64,000 nucleotides of DNA from a virus (taxonomy: Duplodnaviria > Caudoviricetes): positions 7,593-71,592 of the IMG/VR virus record IMGVR_UViG_3300048920_000392, one strand, 5' to 3'. The position numbers were made by a program, and so were the translations under genes. Shown one piece after another: positions 28,140 to 38,328 of the stretch (position 1 is its first letter; every line of letters starts with the position of its first letter). Below the pieces are notes generated by a model. That model made no database searches, had not been told where the DNA came from, and was given only the letters and a program-made list of their open reading frames with translations.

Positions 28140-31100
28140 TGAAGCCGCTGCCCTCGCTGATCGTCACGCCGCACCCAGTAACCCTGGACGGCCAGCGCAC
28201 CCTGGCTGCAGAGCTGCGCACCGGCGAGAACCTCGGGGCCTTCTTGGCGCGAACTGTTCCGGACTACGAGGGCGATGTCTGGGAAGTACGCATCAACGGC
28301 GTGGTCGTCCCGCACGAGGTGATGCACCGCGTGCGGCCCAAGGGCGGCACCGTGATAGAGGTGCGTGGCGTGGTCGGCAAGACCGCGCTGCTCATCGTGG
28401 CGATGATCGCTCTGACCATCTTCACCGCCGGCGTAGGCACCGCGATGGTGGCGGCGGGCTACAGCGCAATGGCCGCCGGCTTGGCGCAGGCGGCCATCTA
28501 CGCCGTCGGTTCGCTGCTGATCAACAAGGTGTTGGGGCCCAAGCCCCCAAAGCCGACTGAGAGCGACGCCGCAGCGGTATTCAACCTGGGCGGGTCCCGG
28601 AACCAGGCGAGGCCATACGAGCCGCTGGCGCTCCTGCTCGGCAGCGTCCGGATTGCGCCGGACCTGGCCAGCAATCCCTACAGCTGGTACGAAGCCAACG
28701 ACCAGTACATGGCCATGCTGATGGCGCCCGGCCTCAACGTGGGTCGCATCGATGATCTGTACAACGGGGACGCCCTGCTTTCGGTGTATGAGGGCGTCCA
28801 GGTGTGGCACAGCGGCTTCCCGGGCATGCCGGAGCAGCAGATTCCGCTCTACAGCAATGCCGACACCATTTCCGGTGGCGCGTTGGAGGCGGAGAAGGGA
28901 CAGCCCAGCGCATGGGTGCAGCGCACCAGCTCGCCGAACACGATCCGCCTGAAGGTCGACATGGACTTCATGCTGTTCGACACCACCAGCAAGGGCAAGA
29001 AGAAGGACAACAGCGAGACGATCGAGGTCCAGTACAAGGTGGCCGGCGCCACCAACTGGATGCCTTTCGGCAGCTACCACATCACCAGCAATAGCCAGAA
29101 ACAGCAGCGCCGCAGCTACTCGCTCGACGTCCACGAGGGCCAGTACGACGTCCGGGTGCGCATCGCGGGCCGCAACACCGACGGCAAGGGGGCAACCAGC
29201 GATTTCACCTGGTCCACGCTCACCAGCATCCAGACCGACAACGCCAGCTACGCGGGGATTCCCCGCATCGGCGTGCGTATCAAGGCCACCGGGCAGCTCA
29301 ACGGGTCGCCCGACGAGATTCGATGCGTAGCCCATTCCAGCCCGGTTCCGGTCTGGAACGGCCAGACGTGGGTCATCGAGGAAACTAGCAATCCTGGCGC
29401 GCACATCCTGGCCTATGCCCGAGGCTTCCGTGATCCGGAGGGGCAACTGATCGCCGGCCTGGGGCTGACCGATGCGCAGATCGACGTCGCGGCGCTACAG
29501 GCGTTCATGCTGCACTGCGCCGCTGGCGGCCTGGCCTACGACAACCTGATCCGCGATGTCCGGAGCCACGATGACGTACTGCAGGCAGTGGCCCTGGCCG
29601 GCTTCGGCCAGGTCACCTGGGCCGCCGGCCGCCTTTCCGTGGTTTGGGCGGCCGACGGGCAGCCGCTGTCGGGCGTGGTCAACATGGCCACGATCAAGAA
29701 GGGGCAGTTCCAAGTCGACTACACCCTGGCCAACGCGGCTGATGGGATCGAGTTTTCCTACTTCGATCGCACCGACTGGTCCACCAAGACCCTGCGCGTC
29801 ACGGCACCGGGGGTAGAGACGATGCTCAACCCGGCGCAGCTCACGGGCGAGGGCATCACCAACGAGGCACATGCGGCCAAGATGGCCCGCTATCACCTCG
29901 CCCAGTCCCTGTATCAGTACAAGGACATCACCTACAGCACCGACATCGAGCACCTGAGCTATCGGCGCCTGTCGGTGCTCGCCCTGCAGCACGACCTCAC
30001 GCAATGGGGGTTCGGCGGACGCCTGGTGTCGGTGGAGCTGGAAGCCAGCGAGGCCATCCTCGAGCTGGACGAGCCAGTGCCGCCGGCGGCCAATGGAAAC
30101 GCGTTCATTGGATTGAGAATTCCGGGCGAGCGCGTGTACCGGGTGTTCCGGGTGCGGCCGATCAACGCCGAGACGCGCCGGATTCACCTGATGGACCCGT
30201 GGCCCGCCGATGCTCCGCTGCCAGGCAATACGCCGGAAAACCCAGCCCACGACACCATCTGGATTTACGATTTCAAGCAGACGCCGGGATATCGCGTCCG
30301 CGTGGTCGGGGTGGAGCCGGAATCCGACCTCAAGGGCGCGTCGGTTACGGTGGTGCCGGAAGGCCCTGAGTTCTGGCACTACGTCGAATCCGGCGAGTAC
30401 ATTCCCTCGCCGGGAGGCTCCCACCTGCAGACCCGGCCGATCACCAGCAACCTGCAGGTGACCGAGCAGCAGGTTGTGCAGGGCAACACGGTATTCACCG
30501 AGCTCACGGCCACGTTCGATATCACCGGGCCGGTTGATGACGTGGTGGTGCTGTCGGATATGGACGGCAATGGCGAGCTGGAGCAGGTGGCCACTACGCG
30601 CACACGGACGGCTACGTGGCGCATTCCTGGTGCCGGCGAGTACGCCATTGTGGTGCGGCCATACAGCCCTGACGGCCTGGCCGGTGAAGCGGTCAGCGTG
30701 ACCTTCAGGACGGTTGGCGCCGGCGCGGCGCCGGTGCTGGTCGACCACCTGTATATCAGCGAAGAGCCCGGCGGGGTCCGGCGCTACTCCTGGAGCTTCG
30801 ACACCGACACCATCCAGTCACCCGATTTCGTCGGGGTCCAGATTCGCTACATCGACGGCAGCGTGCCCACACCGAACTGGGCGGACATGACGCCGCTCGG
30901 GGGCGAGGCCGGATTCCACGCCGCGGCCTTCGATTCCGTGCTGCCGGTGGCTGGCAGCTGGACGTTCGCGGTCCGGTCGGTGAACACGGCCGGCGACCTG
31001 TCGCTGTCGATGCGTACGGTGCAGAAGGTGCTGTCCAAGAACCTTGGCGAGCAGACCATCGAGGTAGTGCAGCAGCTCACCAGACACGAGCAGGAAATCC

Positions 31101-32233
31101 TCAAGGCCATTGAGGACATCGACGAGAACGCAGCATCGATCGTTAAGCAATCCGTCGCGCAGTTCGACCTGCAGGACACGGCCCGCACGCACCGCGCCTA
31201 TCTCTCGCGGCTGGAAGAAACCAAGGTTGACGCCGATAGCGCGCGTGCGATCAGCCAAGAGGTGATCAGCGCCTCTGTCGGTGACCTCCGTTCCGCCGTT
31301 CAGGAAACAAAGAACGTGGTCGCCGGGATGAACGGCCGGTTGGAGGCGAGCTGGTCCTACAAAGCACAGGTCACCGAGAACGGCCGCTACTACATGGCCG
31401 GCATCTCCGCGGGCGTGTACGTGGATGGTGCCACGGTGCAGCGAGAGGTCATTGTGCTTGCCGAGACCTTCGAAATCCTGACGGATGACGCGTTCGGCAA
31501 CGCCTATCGACCCTTCATTGTGGATAGGGGGGTGGTCTACCTCGACGAGGCGCGCATCCGGAACGGTTCGATCACCAACGCCAAGATCGGGGAGGTCATC
31601 CAGTCCGCCAACTTCGTCTGGGACGTGGGGAGCGGCACCTATGCGGGCTGGCGCCTCAACAAGGACGGCTCCGCGCTCTTCGCCGGTGACGTGACCATCC
31701 GCGGCACGGTCATCGCCGATTCCATCACTGGCCTTTTCCAGCGGCGGAACACCTGGTCATGGGAAGGCACGATTTCGCCTGATGCCGGTGGCTTCACGCC
31801 GACCTTCGTGCTGGACGCGCCGGTCCGTGTCGGCGATGCCCACACGCCGCAGCTGCTGATCGAGCTGACCATGGACAACGGTGGTGACCACTCGCGCGAC
31901 GGTGTGGTCACGCTCGAGGTTTACAACGGGGCCGGGTGGCAGGCGGTGAGACAAAAGGTGTTCACCATGGCCGCCAGCACGAACGTGACCAACTTCATGA
32001 TCGTGCAGGACAGCCAGGCAACTGTGGCGCGCCAGTACCGAATTCGGATCAGCCGCGGCACCAATCGATGGGGCAGTTGGACCTTCAAGGGCGCCTACGT
32101 GACTATGCAAGGAGTTCGAAAATGGCCGAATCGGTTGCAGCGCTCGCGGCGCTGGTGCAGGACCTGGTCGACAAGGTGGCTCGATTCAAGAACGAGCAGG
32201 TCAACCTGTACACCAGCAGCGGCTCCATGGTGA
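28130..32233 (+). CDS. Tail tip/host specificity protein (gpI+gpJ-like)
   Basis: N-terminal ubiquitin-like/TM gpI-type region, NQARPYEP, SNPGAHILAY, FN3 repeats, ITNAKIG motif. Confidence 0.9.
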   Translation: MGVMKPLPSLIVTPHPVTLDGQRTLAAELRTGENLGAFLARTVPDYEGDVWEVRINGVVVPHEVMHRVRPKGGTVIEVRGVVGKTALLIVAMIALTIFTAGVGTAMVAAGYSAMAAGLAQAAIYAVGSLLINKVLGPKPPKPTESDAAAVFNLGGSRNQARPYEPLALLLGSVRIAPDLASNPYSWYEANDQYMAMLMAPGLNVGRIDDLYNGDALLSVYEGVQVWHSGFPGMPEQQIPLYSNADTISGGALEAEKGQPSAWVQRTSSPNTIRLKVDMDFMLFDTTSKGKKKDNSETIEVQYKVAGATNWMPFGSYHITSNSQKQQRRSYSLDVHEGQYDVRVRIAGRNTDGKGATSDFTWSTLTSIQTDNASYAGIPRIGVRIKATGQLNGSPDEIRCVAHSSPVPVWNGQTWVIEETSNPGAHILAYARGFRDPEGQLIAGLGLTDAQIDVAALQAFMLHCAAGGLAYDNLIRDVRSHDDVLQAVALAGFGQVTWAAGRLSVVWAADGQPLSGVVNMATIKKGQFQVDYTLANAADGIEFSYFDRTDWSTKTLRVTAPGVETMLNPAQLTGEGITNEAHAAKMARYHLAQSLYQYKDITYSTDIEHLSYRRLSVLALQHDLTQWGFGGRLVSVELEASEAILELDEPVPPAANGNAFIGLRIPGERVYRVFRVRPINAETRRIHLMDPWPADAPLPGNTPENPAHDTIWIYDFKQTPGYRVRVVGVEPESDLKGASVTVVPEGPEFWHYVESGEYIPSPGGSHLQTRPITSNLQVTEQQVVQGNTVFTELTATFDITGPVDDVVVLSDMDGNGELEQVATTRTRTATWRIPGAGEYAIVVRPYSPDGLAGEAVSVTFRTVGAGAAPVLVDHLYISEEPGGVRRYSWSFDTDTIQSPDFVGVQIRYIDGSVPTPNWADMTPLGGEAGFHAAAFDSVLPVAGSWTFAVRSVNTAGDLSLSMRTVQKVLSKNLGEQTIEVVQQLTRHEQEILKAIEDIDENAASIVKQSVAQFDLQDTARTHRAYLSRLEETKVDADSARAISQEVISASVGDLRSAVQETKNVVAGMNGRLEASWSYKAQVTENGRYYMAGISAGVYVDGATVQREVIVLAETFEILTDDAFGNAYRPFIVDRGVVYLDEARIRNGSITNAKIGEVIQSANFVWDVGSGTYAGWRLNKDGSALFAGDVTIRGTVIADSITGLFQRRNTWSWEGTISPDAGGFTPTFVLDAPVRVGDAHTPQLLIELTMDNGGDHSRDGVVTLEVYNGAGWQAVRQKVFTMAASTNVTNFMIVQDSQATVARQYRIRISRGTNRWGSWTFKGAYVTMQGVRKWPNRLQRSRRWCRTWSTRWLDSRTSRSTCTPAAAPW

Positions 32234-32631
32234 CCGTGACCGGCGCCGATGGCACGCCGGTGTCGGTGCCGAGTTGGGCCGCCGTCCAGGCGGCCTCTGG
32301 CTACGACATCAACGTGTTCGAACGGGCGACCCTGGGCCCCGGCGCGGTAATTACCCGCAACTGGCCGAACCAGCAGCTCGCCGCGCCGACGTCGGCGCAG
32401 GACTGGTACTTCACCTCCGCCGCCGGCGACACCGCACTCGTCCATCTGCTGCGCGTCCGAAAAGGCTCCGCACAGAAGGACCTGCTGGCCAGCGTGGTGA
32501 TCAGCGGCGGCGTGGGTGCACTCACCCTCAACCCGCATTCGTTGGGTTATGCGGAGGGGCTGGAGTTCATGGTTCAAACCGGCAGCGTGACTGGCTTCAC
32601 CGGCACGCTGCGCTACCTGTACCTGGTTTGA
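32122..32631 (+). CDS. Tail fibre adaptor/hypothetical structural protein
   Basis: GGAG SD before ATG 32122; N-terminal helix then VTVTGADGTPVSVPSW, as in tail-fibre N-termini. Confidence 0.65.
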   Translation: MAESVAALAALVQDLVDKVARFKNEQVNLYTSSGSMVTVTGADGTPVSVPSWAAVQAASGYDINVFERATLGPGAVITRNWPNQQLAAPTSAQDWYFTSAAGDTALVHLLRVRKGSAQKDLLASVVISGGVGALTLNPHSLGYAEGLEFMVQTGSVTGFTGTLRYLYLV

Positions 32632-32632
32632 T

Positions 32633-35600
32633 ATGACCGACATTCGATTGCGGAAAACCAGTACCGGCCGGCCGCCGGCCGGCGGCATGCTGTGGCAGAT
32701 GTTGCTGAACAACGTGGCAGTGCGTCGCTCCTGGGAGACCCTGGGGGTCCACAAGACGCTGCTGCAGTGGATCGCCGTGGACGGCTACAGCTTCGTCGAC
32801 AATCCCTGGCTGCCGACCTACAACATCAAGCTGGACATGAATGACCTCGCCACCTACCCGTGGGCGAAGGAAATCATCGTCGGCCTGCCCGGATTCTTCA
32901 ACGAGCACACGTCGCGCACCAGCTTGCCGTTGATGGCAGATTGGGCCGAGAAGTTCGGCACGCTCCAGTATCCGGCGAACGTCAAGGGCTTCTATTTCCC
33001 CGTGGAAATTGACCCTACCTGGACCACCGCGATCGAGGACATGCGTGATATTTGGCCGCGCCTGCCGCGGCCGCTGTATATCTCGGCCTATTACGGCAAC
33101 AACATCAACGGCGAGGTCGCTGCGCAGTGGCTGGCGCAGCTGCTGCCGCCCGATGTCACCCTGCTGTTTCAGGACGGCGTGGGCGCCTTCGGGTTCGAGC
33201 TGTCGCTGGCCCGGGAACGCGTGCACCAGCTCGAGCGGCACTTGGGCAAGGAGCGGGTGCACGTCATCTGCGAGGTATTCAAGATCAACCCCGCCTGGGA
33301 CGGCACCGACGGCACCTACTTCCTGAAGCTGTCGCCCAACGAGTATGCCGCGCGTGTTTCCCAATACACGAAAGTGAACAACGAGGGGCGCCTGTGGCTC
33401 TTCGATGGCCCGAACTACATCAGCTCCGACCTGATCCAGCGCGTGAACCGCGCCATCCCGGTTACGACTCCCATCAACCTGGGGGCCACGGCGAACGACG
33501 TGGGCGATATCCGTATGACCTGGCAGCGCACCAGCAGCCCCGACGCCAAGGTCACCGGCTACACCGTCAAGATTTACGACACCGCTGGCAACAAGGTTGT
33601 GCGCACCTACGACACCAGCAGCAGCGTGCCCGAGGCGTACTACCCGATCCAAGACTCGATCGCCGATTTCGGGTTCCCGCCGGCATTCTTGGTGTACGAG
33701 GTGGCCGAGAAGTCCACGGTGTTCCGGAGCGACTTTTCTGCGCTTTTTGTGGGCAATCTGGAAACCGTGCCTGACTGGGTGCGCCACCAGGTCGCTCTCG
33801 TCGGCGGCAGCTACATCGGCAATTTCTTCACCGACTTCACCGATACGGCCAATCCCGGCACCACGGGAGGCGAGGGCGGCCGCTTCGCTGTCGCCGCATA
33901 TACGTTGCAGCGTGCGACCGCCGGCGCTGCAGGGCTGGACCCGTCGCAGGTGGGGGTGCACAACCTGGCCGAGAGCGGCAGTTTCATGTCCAGGTCTGCT
34001 GCCAACGCCGTCGGCAGCACCCGCTACTGGTGGAACGACATCGACAATGCGCCTGGGCCGGTTCTGCTGGCCGCTGCCGCGCGCCTCGGTGCCACCCGCA
34101 TCACCAGCATGGTGTGGGGCGGCGGTGCCGACACGGACGCGCTGGACGCCTTTCCTGAGCGCTCCGAGCAGCTGCTCGTGGCCGCCCGCAACGCGATGAT
34201 CGGCGTGTTCCGGTATCTGAGGGATCACCACAGCAAGGGCAACTTCCGACTCTGGCTGCACCCACACCTGCGCGCCTTCTACGGCGCCTCGAGCCCGGGT
34301 GAGGTACGTGGCAATGCACATGCTCAGATGCGCGCCGCCCTGCTCAATGCGGTGCGCAACAACGGCGGCACCTTCCGCGTCGGCACCTGGGCGCCGGGAG
34401 CGGAAACCGCGGCAGGCTACTGGAACGAGAACAGCTCCTGGCTCAACCCCACCCCCTCGGCCGCGCACGCGGCCGCGCAGCAGCTGGGGCAGAGCATCGG
34501 CGCTGATACCTCGCTGATCCTGAGCGCGCCGGCGTGGGCCACGATGGGCATCGTGTCGGCCCCGGCAGTGCGGTGGCAGGTGAACGACGTTGTCGTGACG
34601 TGGCAGCCGGCCAGCTCGAGCACAGGCAGCTTCCGGGTCACGAACCATCGTCTCGACAACATGGCGCCGATCAGCTCGACCGTGCAGAGCGGGAACACGC
34701 TGGTCTTCACCGAAGCACAGCAGGTCGCCGCGTACGGGTTCGTCGCCGGCGGCGTGATCGTGACGATCGAAGAGTTCGACCCAGCGAGCGGGGTTCCTGG
34801 TCCGGCACTTCGGTTCGACAGGACGCGCGGCGACCTTCAATTCATTTTCGACCAGGGCACCCTCGGTGCGTGGCTGGACCCTTCCGATCCAGCGACCCTG
34901 TTTGTTGATTCCGGAGGCCTGGTGCGCGCCGAGGTAGGCAGCCGGGTGCTGATGGCGTTGGATAAGTCGGGCAACGGCCTTCACTTCGTCCAGCCCGATG
35001 CCGCGCGTCGCCCAGTTCTGCGCCAGGATGCCACCGGCAAGCGCTATCTCGAGTTTGACGGGGCGACTACTGCGCTCGCCACCGGGCGACAGATCGACTA
35101 TCCGTATTCGCAGGCGTCTGTGTTCGCCGGGCTTCGCTTCGACGCCGGGGTGGCCGATGGCGTCATCGTCGAGTCGAACCTGAATTCCGAGGCCGAGCGA
35201 GGAAGTTTCGGGCTGATGAAGCTGGGCGCAGGCCTGGCAATGCGTTCGTTTGGCTACTTCGGCGCCGTCGCCGCCTCGCCCGTGGCCACCGGCCATGTCA
35301 TCGCCTCCGCCGTAACGAGCATCGTCCCCAACACGGTCGATCTACGCGTCAACAAGACGCTCGCAGCGAAGTCCACGGCCCGGCAAGGCGCCTGGCCGGA
35401 GTACAACAACAGCGTCTTGAGTGTTGGATCACGCAACGCTGCGAGCGGGTTCCTTCGAATGGACCTCTACCAGCTTGTGGTGTTCGCCACCGCGGCGTCG
35501 GATTACTCCATCGGCGCGGCGGAAACCTACATCCAGTCGCGCCTTCCGGATTTCTCTGTTCTGGAAGAGCTCGGCGTGACCTTCAGCAGCTCGCGCAACA

Positions 35601-37834
35601 CGGACGGCGATGTTGTGGTCTCCTGGACCTTGGCCGCGCCGGCACCGGGAGCGACCTTCGTGTTCGAGGTCTTCCGCGACAACAACGTAGCCTGGAGCGT
35701 CACCACGCCGCTGCTGCGGGCGACCTTCCCGTTTGCGCAGGCCAAGCAGCTGTTCGGCGACCCGCCGCCCTCGAGCATCCGTTACCGGCTTCGTGTCGTG
35801 TCGGGTAGAACGTCGCGCGTGGTGGAAGACTACCTGCCGCTTCTGGGGAGCCCGGTCGAGCTCGCCGCGGCGCGCAGCAGCTGGGGCGATGTGGTTTTCA
35901 CGTGGAAGACCAACGGCGACGCCCACGCAGGAAAGACCTACGAGGTCATGATCACCAACCCCGACAATCCCGGCCAGGTGATCCGCACCCTCACGGTTTC
36001 GGGTTCAGGCCACTTCAGCGATGGCCGGGTGTTCTGCGACTACCCCAACGAGCTGAACGTTCCGGACGCCGTCTTGCACCGCGGCGATCAGTACACCTGG
36101 CAGTACCTCACTTGGCAGGTCAGGTGCATCGAGAACGATTTTCTCAGCGATGAGGTGACGATGGCCGTGCCCCTGGACAACAACGCCTTTGTCAAGAAGG
36201 TGGTCGCCATGGGGATCAACTCGCTGGTCGGTGGCATGTTCAACGACCTGTCGGATCGACTCAACCCCGGCGGTAGCGGCCGGGAAGGGCGCCGGGACCA
36301 GGTGGCGGCGTCCACCTTCCGCCTGTCGCTCGCCGGTGCGCTGGGCCTGCGGCCGGTTCAGGTGATGCCGGTGATGACCGTTGTCGGGTCCTCGCCGATC
36401 AACCCGATGCCGTATCAGGCCGGCTTCGACCTCAATAATCACTGGTGGGACCCGGTGGCGGGGCAGCCTGGGCCCAACCTGCGCTACGCGACGGACATAG
36501 TCCGCGCGCTGGGCCGGGCACCGGACTACTTCATCGAATCGGGTCCTGGCGAAACGACCGGTATCAGCTATGCGCCCGAGGCCGATCGTCCCGGCATCGT
36601 GGCCGCATGGAAGGCGTCGAACGTCGCCATGCGTGACTGGATGCGGGCGAACTGGGGCAATCCGACGCTGGAGATTTGGTTCCAAGGGCCGACCACTTCA
36701 TTCTGGGGCGAGGCGCCACCGGTGGAGACCAACTTCGCGGGCACCAAGCTGATGCGAGATGCGCAGATCGACATGGCGCGGAACATCCCAGGGTTCAAGA
36801 TCGGGTCCTACGTGCCTGACTCGAACCGCTGGGAGGTCTATCTCAACGAGATGGCGATCGGCATCGGGTGGGTCCACTACACCGTGGAGGAATACCACGC
36901 CACTGCAAAGGAAATGGGCGAGTCCATCGGGGGTAACAAGAACCTCGCATTCTCCCCGCCACCCTGGGCGAGCGTTGAAATGCCTGACCATCTGGACGCC
37001 GTCAAGCTGCCCAACGGAGATATCCGCTTCACCTGGGCCACCGAATCGCTGCAGTTCAAGGTCCGCGTCCACAACCCCAACGACAGCAGCGTGCTGGCCG
37101 AGGCCGTGGTCTCCGACAACGGCTATCTGTACACGCTCGCCGCGCAGGTGGCCCACTTCGGAAACGAGGCGGTCTACGTCCACCTGAGCGTTGCGCACTT
37201 TGACGAAGCCACGGGCGCTGGGCCCTACGGCACCTTCGTCGGCAGTGTGTACGGGGCAGCGCTGCAGGAGCCGACCGGGCTGGCGGCAGTGAAGAACGCC
37301 GCCGGCGACATCGTGATGCGCTGGGACGCGCGCGCGGGCCGCGATACCTACTTCCACCGCAACATCAGCGCTGTGGATATGACGGTGCTGACGGAGCAGG
37401 TGGTCAGGGGTGCCGAGTTCAATTTCACTTACGCGGCTCAGGTGGCGTCCTACGGCTATGACGCACTGTTCGCCTCTTTCGAGCTGTACGAATACGACGC
37501 TGCTCGCGGGGCCGTGGGCCCGAAGGTGGCGTGGAACGGGAACTCCGCTCGCGCCGCCGAGCCGAGCGGCGGCACGGCGACCAAGGCGGCAAACGGTGAC
37601 ATCGCGCTGGCGTGGGATGCCAACGGTGCTGCCACATGGCTCTTCGAGCTGGTGAACGTGAGCAACCGCACCGTCATTCGCTCCAGCGCCCTGACGGCAC
37701 CGGTGGAGCACTTCACAGCGGCCGAGCAGGTAGCCGTTTACGGGTACACCGTCGGGTACGTGGAATGGCGTGTGGTGGCGGTGAACGACGACGGCGCCGC
37801 TTCTCCACAGCAGGCTTTTGCCATCTCGCTGTGA
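32633..37834 (+). CDS. 1733-aa multidomain tail protein: GH-like TIM barrel, two SGNH-like domains, LamG-like lectin, seven FN3/Ig-like repeats
   Basis: TLLQWIAVDG...FYFPVEID...LFQDGVG; LVGGSY and MGINS SGNH block-I motifs; YLEFDG...SVFAGL...LYQLVVF; 7x GD(I/V)xxxW repeats. Confidence 0.8.
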   Translation: MTDIRLRKTSTGRPPAGGMLWQMLLNNVAVRRSWETLGVHKTLLQWIAVDGYSFVDNPWLPTYNIKLDMNDLATYPWAKEIIVGLPGFFNEHTSRTSLPLMADWAEKFGTLQYPANVKGFYFPVEIDPTWTTAIEDMRDIWPRLPRPLYISAYYGNNINGEVAAQWLAQLLPPDVTLLFQDGVGAFGFELSLARERVHQLERHLGKERVHVICEVFKINPAWDGTDGTYFLKLSPNEYAARVSQYTKVNNEGRLWLFDGPNYISSDLIQRVNRAIPVTTPINLGATANDVGDIRMTWQRTSSPDAKVTGYTVKIYDTAGNKVVRTYDTSSSVPEAYYPIQDSIADFGFPPAFLVYEVAEKSTVFRSDFSALFVGNLETVPDWVRHQVALVGGSYIGNFFTDFTDTANPGTTGGEGGRFAVAAYTLQRATAGAAGLDPSQVGVHNLAESGSFMSRSAANAVGSTRYWWNDIDNAPGPVLLAAAARLGATRITSMVWGGGADTDALDAFPERSEQLLVAARNAMIGVFRYLRDHHSKGNFRLWLHPHLRAFYGASSPGEVRGNAHAQMRAALLNAVRNNGGTFRVGTWAPGAETAAGYWNENSSWLNPTPSAAHAAAQQLGQSIGADTSLILSAPAWATMGIVSAPAVRWQVNDVVVTWQPASSSTGSFRVTNHRLDNMAPISSTVQSGNTLVFTEAQQVAAYGFVAGGVIVTIEEFDPASGVPGPALRFDRTRGDLQFIFDQGTLGAWLDPSDPATLFVDSGGLVRAEVGSRVLMALDKSGNGLHFVQPDAARRPVLRQDATGKRYLEFDGATTALATGRQIDYPYSQASVFAGLRFDAGVADGVIVESNLNSEAERGSFGLMKLGAGLAMRSFGYFGAVAASPVATGHVIASAVTSIVPNTVDLRVNKTLAAKSTARQGAWPEYNNSVLSVGSRNAASGFLRMDLYQLVVFATAASDYSIGAAETYIQSRLPDFSVLEELGVTFSSSRNTDGDVVVSWTLAAPAPGATFVFEVFRDNNVAWSVTTPLLRATFPFAQAKQLFGDPPPSSIRYRLRVVSGRTSRVVEDYLPLLGSPVELAAARSSWGDVVFTWKTNGDAHAGKTYEVMITNPDNPGQVIRTLTVSGSGHFSDGRVFCDYPNELNVPDAVLHRGDQYTWQYLTWQVRCIENDFLSDEVTMAVPLDNNAFVKKVVAMGINSLVGGMFNDLSDRLNPGGSGREGRRDQVAASTFRLSLAGALGLRPVQVMPVMTVVGSSPINPMPYQAGFDLNNHWWDPVAGQPGPNLRYATDIVRALGRAPDYFIESGPGETTGISYAPEADRPGIVAAWKASNVAMRDWMRANWGNPTLEIWFQGPTTSFWGEAPPVETNFAGTKLMRDAQIDMARNIPGFKIGSYVPDSNRWEVYLNEMAIGIGWVHYTVEEYHATAKEMGESIGGNKNLAFSPPPWASVEMPDHLDAVKLPNGDIRFTWATESLQFKVRVHNPNDSSVLAEAVVSDNGYLYTLAAQVAHFGNEAVYVHLSVAHFDEATGAGPYGTFVGSVYGAALQEPTGLAAVKNAAGDIVMRWDARAGRDTYFHRNISAVDMTVLTEQVVRGAEFNFTYAAQVASYGYDALFASFELYEYDAARGAVGPKVAWNGNSARAAEPSGGTATKAANGDIALAWDANGAATWLFELVNVSNRTVIRSSALTAPVEHFTAAEQVAVYGYTVGYVEWRVVAVNDDGAASPQQAFAISL

Positions 37835-37895
37835 CGCTCTTGTGTGATACGCGTCACAGACCCGTTGCGTTCAGCTTTCATTGCCGTTTTGGCCT

Positions 37896-37924
37896 ATTGA
37901 CGTCGATATCAATATTTGTATAAT
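37896..37924 (+). promoter_or_regulatory. Near-consensus sigma70 promoter with overlapping palindrome
   Basis: TTGACG (37897)-N16-TATAAT (37919); ATTGA-N8-TCAAT palindrome 37896-37913. Confidence 0.75.
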
Positions 37925-37990
37925 ATGCGGCTGTCTACATACGATCTCTGATCAAGAACTCCCCCTCCCATGTTGGCGCGGAGTACACTC

Positions 37991-38305
37991 ATGACCACGA
38001 AAAATATATTTGAAATGCTCACCGACGACCCGGTCGAGTACAACATGAAGTCCCTCAAGGCCAAGCTTGCCATAGCCTTGGTCGAGCTCATCAAAGAGCA
38101 GGGCCTGACCCAAGCGTCAGCTGCTGAAAAGCTGTCCGTCACCCAACCGCGCATGAGTAACCTATTTAGGCTTAGATTGGAGAAGTTCTCAATCGATGCC
38201 TTGTTGGTCATGCTTGTGAAAAGTGGCTACAAGATTGACACGACGTTCGATCCGGCAAACGTCCGCGTGCCAATTTCCATGGAAGTAAAAAGGGCGATGC
38301 TGTAA
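37991..38305 (+). CDS. XRE HTH antitoxin-like protein (HigA/HTH_37 type)
   Basis: NIFEML...KAKLAIAL...GLTQASAAEKLSVTQPRMSNL...FSIDALL. Confidence 0.88.
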   Translation: MTTKNIFEMLTDDPVEYNMKSLKAKLAIALVELIKEQGLTQASAAEKLSVTQPRMSNLFRLRLEKFSIDALLVMLVKSGYKIDTTFDPANVRVPISMEVKRAML

Positions 38306-38328
38306 CAGCCATCGCCCTTTTGTCCCGA

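Noticed and set aside
32597-35296. 899-aa minus-strand ORF (likewise 28124-29446, 29495-30748, 36698-37711, 53020-54234)
   Set aside because: Antisense shadows of well-supported plus-strand genes, caused by GC3 bias
32633-37834. Diversity-generating retroelement targeting the tail protein
   Set aside because: No reverse transcriptase and no TR/VR nucleotide repeat pair seen; the repeats are divergent protein modules
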